A DNA stretch of 24,000 nucleotides from Clostridioides sp. ES-S-0010-02 (lineage in GTDB: Bacteria > Bacillota > Clostridia > Peptostreptococcales > Peptostreptococcaceae): the NCBI RefSeq assembly GCF_020641055.1, contig NZ_CP067345.1. The stretch is one strand, 5' to 3'. Each line of letters starts with the position of its first letter. Within the stretch, counting starts at the first letter, position 1. A program made the translations under genes and the position numbers. Under the pieces are notes generated by a model. That model did no database searches. It saw only the letters and a program-made list of their open reading frames with translations, and was not told the origin of the DNA. Positions 8,154 through 15,817 of this stretch are shown here, one piece after another.

Positions 8154-8206
8154 ATATAAACTCCTTTAACAAAAGTATAATAACTACCTTAGTAGGTACT
8201 AATATT

Positions 8207-8235
8207 ATTTTATAATGTATATATATAATTGTCAA
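8207..8235 (-). promoter_or_regulatory. Candidate sigma-A promoter for the TrmB/PhzF operon.
   Basis: Read on the minus strand: TTGACA (8235-8230), a 17-nt spacer, then TAAAAT (8212-8207). Confidence 0.4.
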
Positions 8236-8452
8236 TCATACAAAGCAAAAAATTAAGTTATAAATTAGAAAAGTTTTTTAGTATATTTTTGAAATGAAGC
8301 TCAAATTTAGTTAACATATATATAAAATTTACAGATTTCTATAATTACTACATAAGTAACTATTGAATTTTCATAAATAAGTTTAATTAATGTTTGATTA
8401 TGATGATAATCTTAAGAGTGTTAAAAATAGATGGTTACAAAAAAGTGACTAA

Positions 8453-8481
8453 TTGAACTAGTACATAAGTCGTAGTATATT
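8453..8481 (+). promoter_or_regulatory. Candidate sigma-A promoter for trxA.
   Basis: TTGAAC (8453-8458), a 17-nt spacer, then TATATT (8476-8481), about 40 nt upstream of the trxA ATG. Confidence 0.4.
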
Positions 8482-8522
8482 AATATCAAGAAAACAATAA
8501 AATAATAAAGGAGATATATATT

Positions 8523-8840
8523 ATGGCAAAAATAATAAATAACAATGAATTTATAAATGAAGTAAATAACAAAGATGGATTAGTAGTGGTGGATTTCTTT
8601 GCTACATGGTGTGGACCTTGTAAAATGTTATCACCAGTATACGAGGCTTTAGGAAACGAAATGTCTGAAAAAGCAAATTTCTTAAAAGTAGATATAGACC
8701 AAAGTATGGAATTAGCCCAAAAGTTTGAAATTTCTACAGTACCAACTGTAATAATATTTAAAGATGGTAAACCTATAGATAGATTAATAGGGTTTATACC
8801 TAAAGATAATTTGAAAAATAAAATTGAATCATATATATAA
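8523..8840 (+). CDS. trxA: Thioredoxin.
   Basis: 105 aa with the canonical WCGPC active site (FFATWCGPCKMLSP) and an SD AAAGGAG upstream. Confidence 0.95.
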   Translation: MAKIINNNEFINEVNNKDGLVVVDFFATWCGPCKMLSPVYEALGNEMSEKANFLKVDIDQSMELAQKFEISTVPTVIIFKDGKPIDRLIGFIPKDNLKNKIESYI

Positions 8841-8864
8841 CTAATTTCAATTATATATATAAAT

Positions 8865-8895
8865 AAAAAACTCATCATAAAATGAGTTTTTTTAT
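8865..8895 (+). terminator. Rho-independent terminator of trxA.
   Basis: AAAAAACTCAT pairs with ATGAGTTTTTT, followed by a T-tract. Confidence 0.75.
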
Positions 8896-9010
8896 TTATA
8901 AGATTTATTTATGTAGTTACAAATAAGTGCCTAATTGTCAGTGATATTGGCTATTGATATTATATTTATATAAAAGAAAAAAGAAAGGTTACTAGAAAAT
9001 AGGTGAGATT

Positions 9011-9136
9011 ATGAGATACGACATTGCAATAATAGGAAGCGGACCAGCAGGGCAAGGTCAAACTGCTGTATCTAGTGCAATTTCACATTTAGATAAACAG
9101 AAAATAAAAAAATCTGTACTTGTTGATACTTATTAA
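9011..9136 (+). pseudogene. trxB: Remnant of thioredoxin-disulfide reductase. Only the N-terminal FAD-binding motif is retained, fused to a short tail.
   Basis: A 41-codon ORF, MRYDIAIIGSGPAGQGQTAVSSAISHLDKQKIKKSVLVDTY*. MRYDIAIIGSGPAG is the GxGxxG dinucleotide-binding start of TrxB-type flavoproteins, and the gene sits where trxB normally follows trxA. About 260-270 codons of a full-length enzyme are missing. The SD AGGTGA and a TTGTCA-17-TATTAT promoter (8935-8963) are retained. Confidence 0.6.
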
Positions 9137-9360
9137 GTAAAAGTAAATAGTAGTACTAGTGGTTATAACTATAAGTTTATATTTATAATATAGTTAATAA
9201 ATTTTTACATATATTTGAAATTATTATAAGTATTTATTGTTGTTTTATACAATATTAAAAGAAGTATTTAAAGTTAATAAAATAGAAATTACAGGTATTA
9301 TTTATTTAATACACTCCCAACACCAAAAGAAGTTATTTCAAAATAAAGATTTGACTACAG

Positions 9361-9396
9361 AAAAAAGTGGACTTTATCAGATGAGTCCACTTTTTT
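9361..9396. terminator. Orphan bidirectional terminator-like hairpin.
   Basis: A6, then GTGGACT (9367-9373), a 10-nt loop, AGTCCAC (9384-9390), then T6. Confidence 0.5.
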
Positions 9397-9906
9397 GTAA
9401 AGTGTTGAATAGTCTATATGTAAATAAAAAGGGTATCTCATTTATAATTTAAGAATATTGTAAGACATACCCTTTTTAAGTGTGCAATAAAATTGTCTTT
9501 TTAGCTATTACTTATCTATTACTAAAAAGGAATAAAAAAATTTTATTTAAAAGCCAAATTTTTAATAGCATATAAATAATTCTCTTTCGTATTTTTAAAT
9601 TTAATAAACTCAAGTTTTAGTTATGAGCTTGTTTAATATAGGTTATGTTCTTGTAAAGAATTTTGTTAATTAATTCTTATTAATCTATATTTTGGAATTA
9701 TTAAATATGATGAACAAGTTAATAGTTATATTGGTAGAGATATTAAATAGAATAGTAATTAAGCATAAATTTGACAAGTATGAATATTTGAATAATAATA
9801 AGGTTAGATTTTATATAAGAATTAAATAATTATAATATAATTAACATTCAATAAACATTAATTATATATAATGATTAAGTTGATATTTTATTTAGGAGAT
9901 GATTAT

Positions 9907-10578
9907 ATGAGAGTATTAATAATAGAAGATAATAAAGAGCTTTCTTATAATATGAAGATAGGGCTGGAAAATGAAGGATTAGTAGTAGATATAGCAAATT
10001 GCGGATTAGATGGAGAAGAGAAAGCATTTATAAATGACTATGATGCTATATTATTAGATTTAAATTTACCAGATAGAGATGGAATAGAGATATTAGAATT
10101 TTTTAGAAGTAATAATCTAAATACTCCTATAATAATTGTAACAGCAAGAGATGGAGTAAATGAATTGGCAAAAGGTCTTGATTTGGGAGCTGATGATTAT
10201 ATAGTAAAGCCATTTCAAATTATAGAATTGAGAGCTAGGATACAAGCAGTTATAAGAAGATTTTATGGTAGGACAAATTCAAATATAGAGGCAGGTCCTC
10301 TTACAATAAGTCCATCATCTAGAAAAGTGTATGTGTATAACAAAGAAGTAAACTTAGGAACTAAAGAATTTGATATAGCAGAATATATTGCAAGTAGATA
10401 TCCAGATATTGTATCAAGTATAGATATATCAGAACATGTTTATGATGAATACTTTGACCCATTATCATCTGTATTAAGGGTGCATATAGCTAGATTAAAA
10501 AAGAAATTAAGAGAAGTTGCAGGAAAAGAGATAATAATAACTACTAGAGGGATAGGATATTCTATATGCAAGGATTAA
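9907..10578 (+). CDS. OmpR/PhoB-family response regulator.
   Basis: The start is moved to the ATG at 9907 (SD AGGAGA). The receiver has acidic residues IIEDN and the phospho-acceptor context LLDLNLPDRDG, plus VTARD and KPF. The C-terminal winged helix carries RVHIARLKKKL. Confidence 0.9.
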   Translation: MRVLIIEDNKELSYNMKIGLENEGLVVDIANCGLDGEEKAFINDYDAILLDLNLPDRDGIEILEFFRSNNLNTPIIIVTARDGVNELAKGLDLGADDYIVKPFQIIELRARIQAVIRRFYGRTNSNIEAGPLTISPSSRKVYVYNKEVNLGTKEFDIAEYIASRYPDIVSSIDISEHVYDEYFDPLSSVLRVHIARLKKKLREVAGKEIIITTRGIGYSICKD

Positions 10579-11630
10579 AAGATAAAAAAACTATAGTTTT
10601 AATTTTATATTCTGTTATAGTCTTTATAATTTTTACAGTAGGTTTGAAATATATTATAAATATATCTAATACAAGTAAAGAATTAATAGCTAATGATTCA
10701 AATTCATATTATGGAACGAATATAGATAATACTTATAACACTATGGAAGATAAGACTTTAGATAAAAGATTAAGTTTTGATTATAATATTGTACTTAATA
10801 GTAACTTTAATATAATTATAATGTTATTTTTTGCCTTTACAGTAACCTCTAACTTTATCCTTTTATCAATATTGAATAGACTAGAGTTTAAAGAAAGAAT
10901 GGAGATATTAAATAATATAAATAATATAGAAGATGAAGACGAAGTGTTGAGTATAGACCCTATTATGTCTAAAGTATATAAAGATTTAAAAGATAAATTT
11001 GATTCTCATATTGAAGATTATAAAAGATTAAATTCATATTTATCTCATGAACAAAAAAATGCCATAGCAATACTTAGAACAAGCTTAGAATTAAGCGGAA
11101 ATGAAGAACTATTGAATACTCTCAATAAAGTTGCAAATAATGTAGAAGATGTACTTGCAATAAGTGATACAAAAAATAATGAAGATATGTATGAAGTTGA
11201 CATAGCTTTAATATGTGCACAAGTATGTGACCACTATTCTAAAGTATATGCTAATTTAAGTTTTGATTTTGATGAAGATGAAAATATGAGTATCTATGGG
11301 AAAGAAAAGTGGATTTATAGAGGTGTATCCAATCTTTTAGACAATGCAATAAAATATGGTGAAGGTAAAGATATATGTGTAAATGTGAAAAATCAAAAAG
11401 GTAGTGTTATTGTATCAGTAAGAGATAATGGCATTGGAATGAGCAAACAGAGTATGAAAAAAATATTTTACGATAGATATAGAATAAATGAATTAAATAA
11501 AGATGGATATGGTATAGGTCTTAGTTTAGTAAAACATGTATGTAACTTATGTAATGGATTTATATGGGTAGAAAGTGAAGAAGGTAAAGGGTCAATTTTT
11601 TATTTAGTATTTAAAGAATATAAAGAATAA
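10566..11630 (+). CDS. Membrane sensor histidine kinase.
   Basis: Two predicted TM helices flank a loop of about 50 aa. It has an H-box (LSHEQKNAIAIL), an N-box (LLDNAIKYG), G1 (RDNGIGM) and G2 (GYGIGLSLV). It overlaps the RR gene by 13 nt. Confidence 0.9.
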   Translation: MQGLKDKKTIVLILYSVIVFIIFTVGLKYIINISNTSKELIANDSNSYYGTNIDNTYNTMEDKTLDKRLSFDYNIVLNSNFNIIIMLFFAFTVTSNFILLSILNRLEFKERMEILNNINNIEDEDEVLSIDPIMSKVYKDLKDKFDSHIEDYKRLNSYLSHEQKNAIAILRTSLELSGNEELLNTLNKVANNVEDVLAISDTKNNEDMYEVDIALICAQVCDHYSKVYANLSFDFDEDENMSIYGKEKWIYRGVSNLLDNAIKYGEGKDICVNVKNQKGSVIVSVRDNGIGMSKQSMKKIFYDRYRINELNKDGYGIGLSLVKHVCNLCNGFIWVESEEGKGSIFYLVFKEYKE

Positions 11631-11687
11631 ATTAAGATAGATATAATAACTCTAAGACACTATTGAATTGGTAAGAGGAGATGTGAA

Positions 11688-13058
11688 GTGTATATTTTAA
11701 ATAATGCAATCAAAAACTTACTTAGAAATAAATTGCGTAATTCATTTAGTACAGTTGTTATATTATTGATGGTCTTAGCAATATTAATTTCCTCAATAAT
11801 AAATTCAAACGTTAATGTGATAAAGGCGAATTATGAGAAAAAATTTGAATCAGAAGTTCAAATTAAGCTTGATGCTAAAAAGATTGTTCAAAGTGATTCA
11901 GGAGAATCTCTAATAAAATATAGTAACTTGAGTGTAAATGATTATTTAAATTTTGCAAAGTCAAAATATGTAAAAAAAGTATCTTTTATTGGAAATATCA
12001 CAGCACACTTTGATAATAAAAAATATAATTCTAATGATGACAGACAAATCTTATATGATGATATGAGGGCTGAAAATTGCGGGATTATGGGATATACAGA
12101 AAAGAATGAAAGTCTTAAGCACTATAATCTGGAAAAGGTAAAAGGGCGATTATTTCAAAAAGATAATGAATGTATGGTAAGCGAAGAATTTATTGATATT
12201 AATAAGTTGAAAATTGGAGACACGATATCTCTATTAAGTGATTATAGTACTAATACAAAACTGAATTTAAAAATAGTAGGAACATATAAGAAAAAAGATA
12301 ATAAGAATGTTAACGATATAGAAATAGCTCAAGATGAAAGTATATATGATAATATATTAACTACGTATAATACTTTAGTAGAATTTGAAAAGAAGATTGA
12401 ATCAGAAAATTCAATAATTTATACAAATGCTAGGTTTTTATTGATAGACTCTAATAGTAGAAAAGATTTTGAGAAAGAGGTAAGAGATAAAGGTCTAAGT
12501 GACATTTATAAAGTTACTATAGATGAGTTTGCGTACAGTAAATTAATAACTCCAATGCAACATTTGTCTAATATAGCTTTTACAGTTACGCTTGGAATAT
12601 TAATATTAGGTTCGATATTATTGATGATAAATTCTATAATATCAATAAAAAAAATAAAGTATTACATTAGTGTGTTAATATTAACTGGAATGCCTAAATT
12701 TAAGATAGTTCAGAGTTTCATATGTGAAAGTATTATGATAACTTTAGTATGCCTTATACTTGGAGGAGGAATTGTAAGTATATCAGCTTCAAAACTATCA
12801 AATTATGTTTTTGAATATCAAAATCAATATAATGTAATACATAATGTTGATTTACTGAATAATAGAGAATATAAAAATATAGATATAAATAGTGATGATA
12901 TCAAACAAGAAATAAAAAGTTTAAGAGATAAATTGATTCCAAATCTGATATTTAAGATAATTATTGTAGCGATAATATTGATATTATTAACTAGCATAGT
13001 GGCCATATATAGTACAATTGTATATAAACCAATACAGATAATTTATGATAGAAATTAG
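11688..13058 (+). CDS. FtsX/MacB-type ABC transporter permease, with an N-terminal TM helix, a large extracytoplasmic domain and a C-terminal 3-TM FtsX domain.
   Basis: 456 aa with a GTG start after the SD AAGAGGAG. The N-terminus NLLRNKLRNSFSTVVILLMVLAILI is typical of this family, followed by a soluble domain of about 260 aa and then three hydrophobic helices. Confidence 0.8.
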   Translation: MYILNNAIKNLLRNKLRNSFSTVVILLMVLAILISSIINSNVNVIKANYEKKFESEVQIKLDAKKIVQSDSGESLIKYSNLSVNDYLNFAKSKYVKKVSFIGNITAHFDNKKYNSNDDRQILYDDMRAENCGIMGYTEKNESLKHYNLEKVKGRLFQKDNECMVSEEFIDINKLKIGDTISLLSDYSTNTKLNLKIVGTYKKKDNKNVNDIEIAQDESIYDNILTTYNTLVEFEKKIESENSIIYTNARFLLIDSNSRKDFEKEVRDKGLSDIYKVTIDEFAYSKLITPMQHLSNIAFTVTLGILILGSILLMINSIISIKKIKYYISVLILTGMPKFKIVQSFICESIMITLVCLILGGGIVSISASKLSNYVFEYQNQYNVIHNVDLLNNREYKNIDINSDDIKQEIKSLRDKLIPNLIFKIIIVAIILILLTSIVAIYSTIVYKPIQIIYDRN

Positions 13059-13068
13059 GTGATGTAGA

Positions 13069-13755
13069 TTGGTAATACTAGAACTGATAGATGTTAATTA
13101 CAAGTATGAGGGAAGTAATAAATATGTATTAAAAGATGTAAGTGCCAAATTTGAAACTGGAAAAATGTATGTTGTTATAGGAAAGCATCAGGCAGGAAAG
13201 AGTACTTTGTTATCTATAATATCAGGTCTTGATGATTACACTGATGGAAGTATTATTTATAAGGGTAAGGATTTAAGAAATATAAATAAGGATATGTATA
13301 GAAATAAAGATATAGGAGCAATATTTAAAGATTATAACTTATTAAATAATGAAACTATTTTGGAGAATATGTTTTTACCAATGAGAATTAGTGAAAATAA
13401 GAAAAAGAATAAGAGGGAAATAGCATGTAAAATTCTACAAAAGGTAGGAATTGATAGAGAAAAAGTACTGGATAGAGTAGAAAACTTATCTTATTATGAC
13501 AAACAAAAAGTGTGTATTGCTAAGTCATTATCTAATAATCCTGACCTAATAATATGTGATGATATTATAGAGAGTACAGATGATAAACGTGAAGAAAATC
13601 TAATAAATGTGCTTTACAATTTGGCACATAAAGATAATAAATGTGTGATAATAACAACAAGTTCAGAGGAAGTTGCTTTATTTGCTGATGAGATATGGGG
13701 AATAAATAATGGAAAATTAATGTTTATAAAAAGTAAAGAAAAGAATATGGATTAA
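13069..13755 (+). CDS. ABC-type nucleotide-binding protein with degenerate catalytic motifs (a possible pseudo-ATPase).
   Basis: 228 aa with a TTG start after the SD AGGTGA. Walker A is retained (GKHQAGKST). The Q-loop Gln is replaced (IFKDYNL), the signature reads LSYYDKQ instead of LSGGQ, Walker B reads LIICDD (the catalytic Glu is Asp), and the H-loop reads ITTSS with no His. Confidence 0.8.
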   Translation: MVILELIDVNYKYEGSNKYVLKDVSAKFETGKMYVVIGKHQAGKSTLLSIISGLDDYTDGSIIYKGKDLRNINKDMYRNKDIGAIFKDYNLLNNETILENMFLPMRISENKKKNKREIACKILQKVGIDREKVLDRVENLSYYDKQKVCIAKSLSNNPDLIICDDIIESTDDKREENLINVLYNLAHKDNKCVIITTSSEEVALFADEIWGINNGKLMFIKSKEKNMD

Positions 13756-13817
13756 ACTTTAAAGAAGTTGTTTCAGTTTAAATTGAAATTATATGAAAAA
13801 TATTTAAATTACACGAA

Positions 13818-13858
13818 AATGAGCTACAGTTGGGGGGAACTGTAGCTCATTCTATTTT
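13818..13858 (+). terminator. Strong rho-independent terminator of the TCS/ABC operon.
   Basis: A perfect 14-bp stem: AATGAGCTACAGTT (13818-13831) pairs with AACTGTAGCTCATT (13838-13851) around a GGGGGG loop, followed by CTATTTT. Confidence 0.85.
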
Positions 13859-14478
13859 GGGGGAGATAGGTTGAACTTATTGGTTATCCGTATCATATTT
13901 TTAGTATAGTCACTTATTTTAGATTATATACATTTTTTTATAAATTTTACATAAAATGTTAAATGTTATAATTGCTTAGATATTATTAGAAGTGATAAAG
14001 TTATAATTAGAGAAAATTAATGAAAAAATGTATTATAAATAATTGGAAAATATTATATAAGGTATTAAAATATTAATGTATTTACAGCAATTTAGGAAAA
14101 AATACGAAATCTATTCATAAATACAAAATAAAAATATAATTTAAAAAATATTTGATAAAAATTTCATATAAAGAATATTTTATATTAATCTCATTTTAGG
14201 TATATCTATTAAAAAAAAACTTATAATACAATATAATTTAAATTTCAATAAATACTTAATAAATGCGCATTTAGATACTTGAAAATACTGGAAAATATAT
14301 GGTGTAATAAAAAATCTTGAATAACTTTAAAGAATTGAATATATATAATAAATATTTAAATATATTTGAATAAAAAAATACAAAAAACGACAATTATATA
14401 GTGCACAATTAAAATATTTTGCAATTGTAGTATTATAGGGGAAAATGCAAAATATATGCGAAAGTGAAATTTTAAATA

Positions 14479-14507
14479 TTGACATTAAATTAAATATAAT
14501 ATACTAT
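14479..14507 (+). promoter_or_regulatory. Candidate sigma-A promoter of the antiterminator gene.
   Basis: TTGACA (14479-14484), a 17-nt spacer, then TACTAT (14502-14507), about 40 nt upstream of the GTG start. Confidence 0.45.
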
Positions 14508-14546
14508 GTAAGTGTGATGAAACATTTTTTTCAGAGGGGATTTATA

Positions 14547-15383
14547 GTGAATATAAAAAAAGTATTTAATAACAATGTAGTAGTAAGCTCCCTAGAAGAT
14601 GGCACAGAAATAATTGTAACTGGTGCTGGAGTTGGATTCAAGAAAAAAGTAGGAGATTTGATAGATGAAAGTTTGATTTCTAAGAAATATTTTGTTCAAG
14701 ATAATCAAAAAGACAAATACAATCAAATACTTAATAAAACCTCAATTGAATATTTTAAAATTTCAGAAGAAATTATAGAAAAAGCTAATGAAGTTTTAAA
14801 TACTCAAGTAAATGATTCAATAATATTGGCTTTAACTAGTCACATAGAATTCGCTGTCCAAAGAGAAAAACAGGGTATAAAATTACCAAACCTGATACTT
14901 AATGAAACAAAACAACTTTATAGAGAAGAATTTGAATTTGGATTATGGGCAATTGATGAAATTGAAAAAAAGATAGGTATAAAGTTGCCTGAAGATGAAG
15001 CAGGCTATATTGCTATTCATATAATCAATGGATTAGAAAATTCTCAAAAAGATGAAGGTATTAATATACTAGAGTTTTCAAAACAAGTTGTTCAGATAAT
15101 AGAAGAAGTACATGGATTTAAATTAGATGTAAACTCACTGAATTACTCTAGGCTTATAACTCACTTAAAGTTTTTCGTTCAAAGAATTTTAAGAAAAGAA
15201 ACTTACAAAGATAGTGATGTTGAAGATATGTATAAACTAGTAAATAAAAACTATAATAAACCTAAAGTATGTACTGAAGAAATTGCAGCATTGGTATTAG
15301 ACAGATTTGAATATAAAATTAGTAAAGAAGAAGAATTATATCTAATGATTCATATAAATAAAATAACAAACAGTGGTTGTTAG
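14547..15383 (+). CDS. BglG/LicT/SacY-family PRD-containing transcription antiterminator.
   Basis: The start is moved to the GTG at 14547 (SD AGAGGGGA, 14533-14540). The N-terminal CAT domain reads VNIKKVFNNNVVVSSLEDGTEIIVTGAGVGFKKKVGD, and two PRD-like regions carry conserved His contexts (LTSHIEFA, IAIHIIN, LITHLKFF, LMIHINK). Confidence 0.9.
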   Translation: MNIKKVFNNNVVVSSLEDGTEIIVTGAGVGFKKKVGDLIDESLISKKYFVQDNQKDKYNQILNKTSIEYFKISEEIIEKANEVLNTQVNDSIILALTSHIEFAVQREKQGIKLPNLILNETKQLYREEFEFGLWAIDEIEKKIGIKLPEDEAGYIAIHIINGLENSQKDEGINILEFSKQVVQIIEEVHGFKLDVNSLNYSRLITHLKFFVQRILRKETYKDSDVEDMYKLVNKNYNKPKVCTEEIAALVLDRFEYKISKEEELYLMIHINKITNSGC

Positions 15384-15460
15384 GATTGTAACTGATAAAG
15401 CAGGCAAAACCTAAGTCATTGAACTTAATTTTAGTTAAGTTTTTTGATTTAGGCTTTTTT
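15383..15460 (+). promoter_or_regulatory. RAT/terminator switch, unit 1.
   Basis: The RAT is GGATTGTAACTGATAAAGCAGGCAAAACCTAAG. The terminator arms are CCTAAGTCA (15410-15418) and TGATTTAGG (15445-15453), followed by CTTTTTT. The RAT overlaps the antiterminator TAG stop by 1 nt (G15383). Confidence 0.85.
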
Positions 15461-15484
15461 ATTGAATACAGACAGTGACTTTTA

Positions 15485-15564
15485 GGATTGTAACTGGTTA
15501 AGCAGGCAAAACCTAAATCATTGAACTTAATTATTAGATTAAGTTTTTTGATTTAGGTTTTTTT
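15485..15564 (+). promoter_or_regulatory. RAT/terminator switch, unit 2.
   Basis: The RAT is GGATTGTAACTGGTTAAGCAGGCAAAACCTAAA. The terminator arms are CCTAAATCA (15512-15520) and TGATTTAGG (15549-15557), followed by T7. Confidence 0.85.
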
Positions 15565-15588
15565 ATTAAATAAACACAATGGCTTTTA

Positions 15589-15668
15589 GGATTGTAACTG
15601 ATTGAGCAGGCAAAACCTAAATCATTGAACTTAGTTATTAGATTAAGTTTTTTGATTTAGGCTTTTTT
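15589..15668 (+). promoter_or_regulatory. RAT/terminator switch, unit 3.
   Basis: The RAT is GGATTGTAACTGATTGAGCAGGCAAAACCTAAA. The terminator arms are CCTAAATCA (15616-15624) and TGATTTAGG (15653-15661), followed by CTTTTTT. Confidence 0.85.
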
Positions 15669-15692
15669 ATTAAATACAAACAGTGACTTTTA

Positions 15693-15770
15693 GGGTTGTA
15701 ACTGGTTGAGCAGGCAAAACCTAAATCATTGAACTTAGTTATTGGATTAAGTTTTTTGATTTAGGTTTTT
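15693..15770 (+). promoter_or_regulatory. RAT/terminator switch, unit 4.
   Basis: The RAT is GGGTTGTAACTGGTTGAGCAGGCAAAACCTAAA, with an A-to-G change at position 3. The terminator arms are CCTAAATCA (15720-15728) and TGATTTAGG (15757-15765), followed by T5. Confidence 0.8.
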
Positions 15771-15817
15771 CTATAAATTAGATTATGTTTTTTATATAAA
15801 AATAGGAGGGTGAAAAT

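Larger units (their letters stand above)
15383..15775 (+). repeat. Tandem array of four ~104-nt RAT/terminator units.
   Basis: Units start at 15383, 15485, 15589 and 15693, giving periods of 102, 104 and 104 nt. Copies 2 and 3 differ at 8 of 104 positions by hand alignment. Confidence 0.95.

Noticed and set aside
8486-8878. Listed 130-aa minus-strand ORF.
   Set aside because: It lies entirely antisense to the unambiguous thioredoxin gene (WCGPC). Its low-complexity Ile/Phe/Leu-rich translation is typical of antisense reading of AT-rich coding DNA, and it has no SD.
9237-9452. Listed 71-aa plus-strand ORF in the gap after the trxB remnant.
   Set aside because: It has a non-ATG start and no SD, and no recognisable motifs. 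It is interrupted structurally by a strong terminator-like hairpin (9361-9396) in its middle, so it is most likely non-coding.
14508-14521. A possible catabolite-responsive element (cre), TGTAAGTGTGATGA, near the antiterminator promoter.
   Set aside because: It has three mismatches to the core cre consensus TGWAANCGNTNWCA, including the central CG. That is not convincing.
15383-15775. Could the ~104-nt periodic repeats be a CRISPR array or a generic intergenic repeat family?
   Set aside because: The whole unit, including the would-be spacer, is conserved between copies, so there are no unique spacers. The period is too long, and each unit matches the RAT consensus plus an overlapping terminator. 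No cas genes are present.
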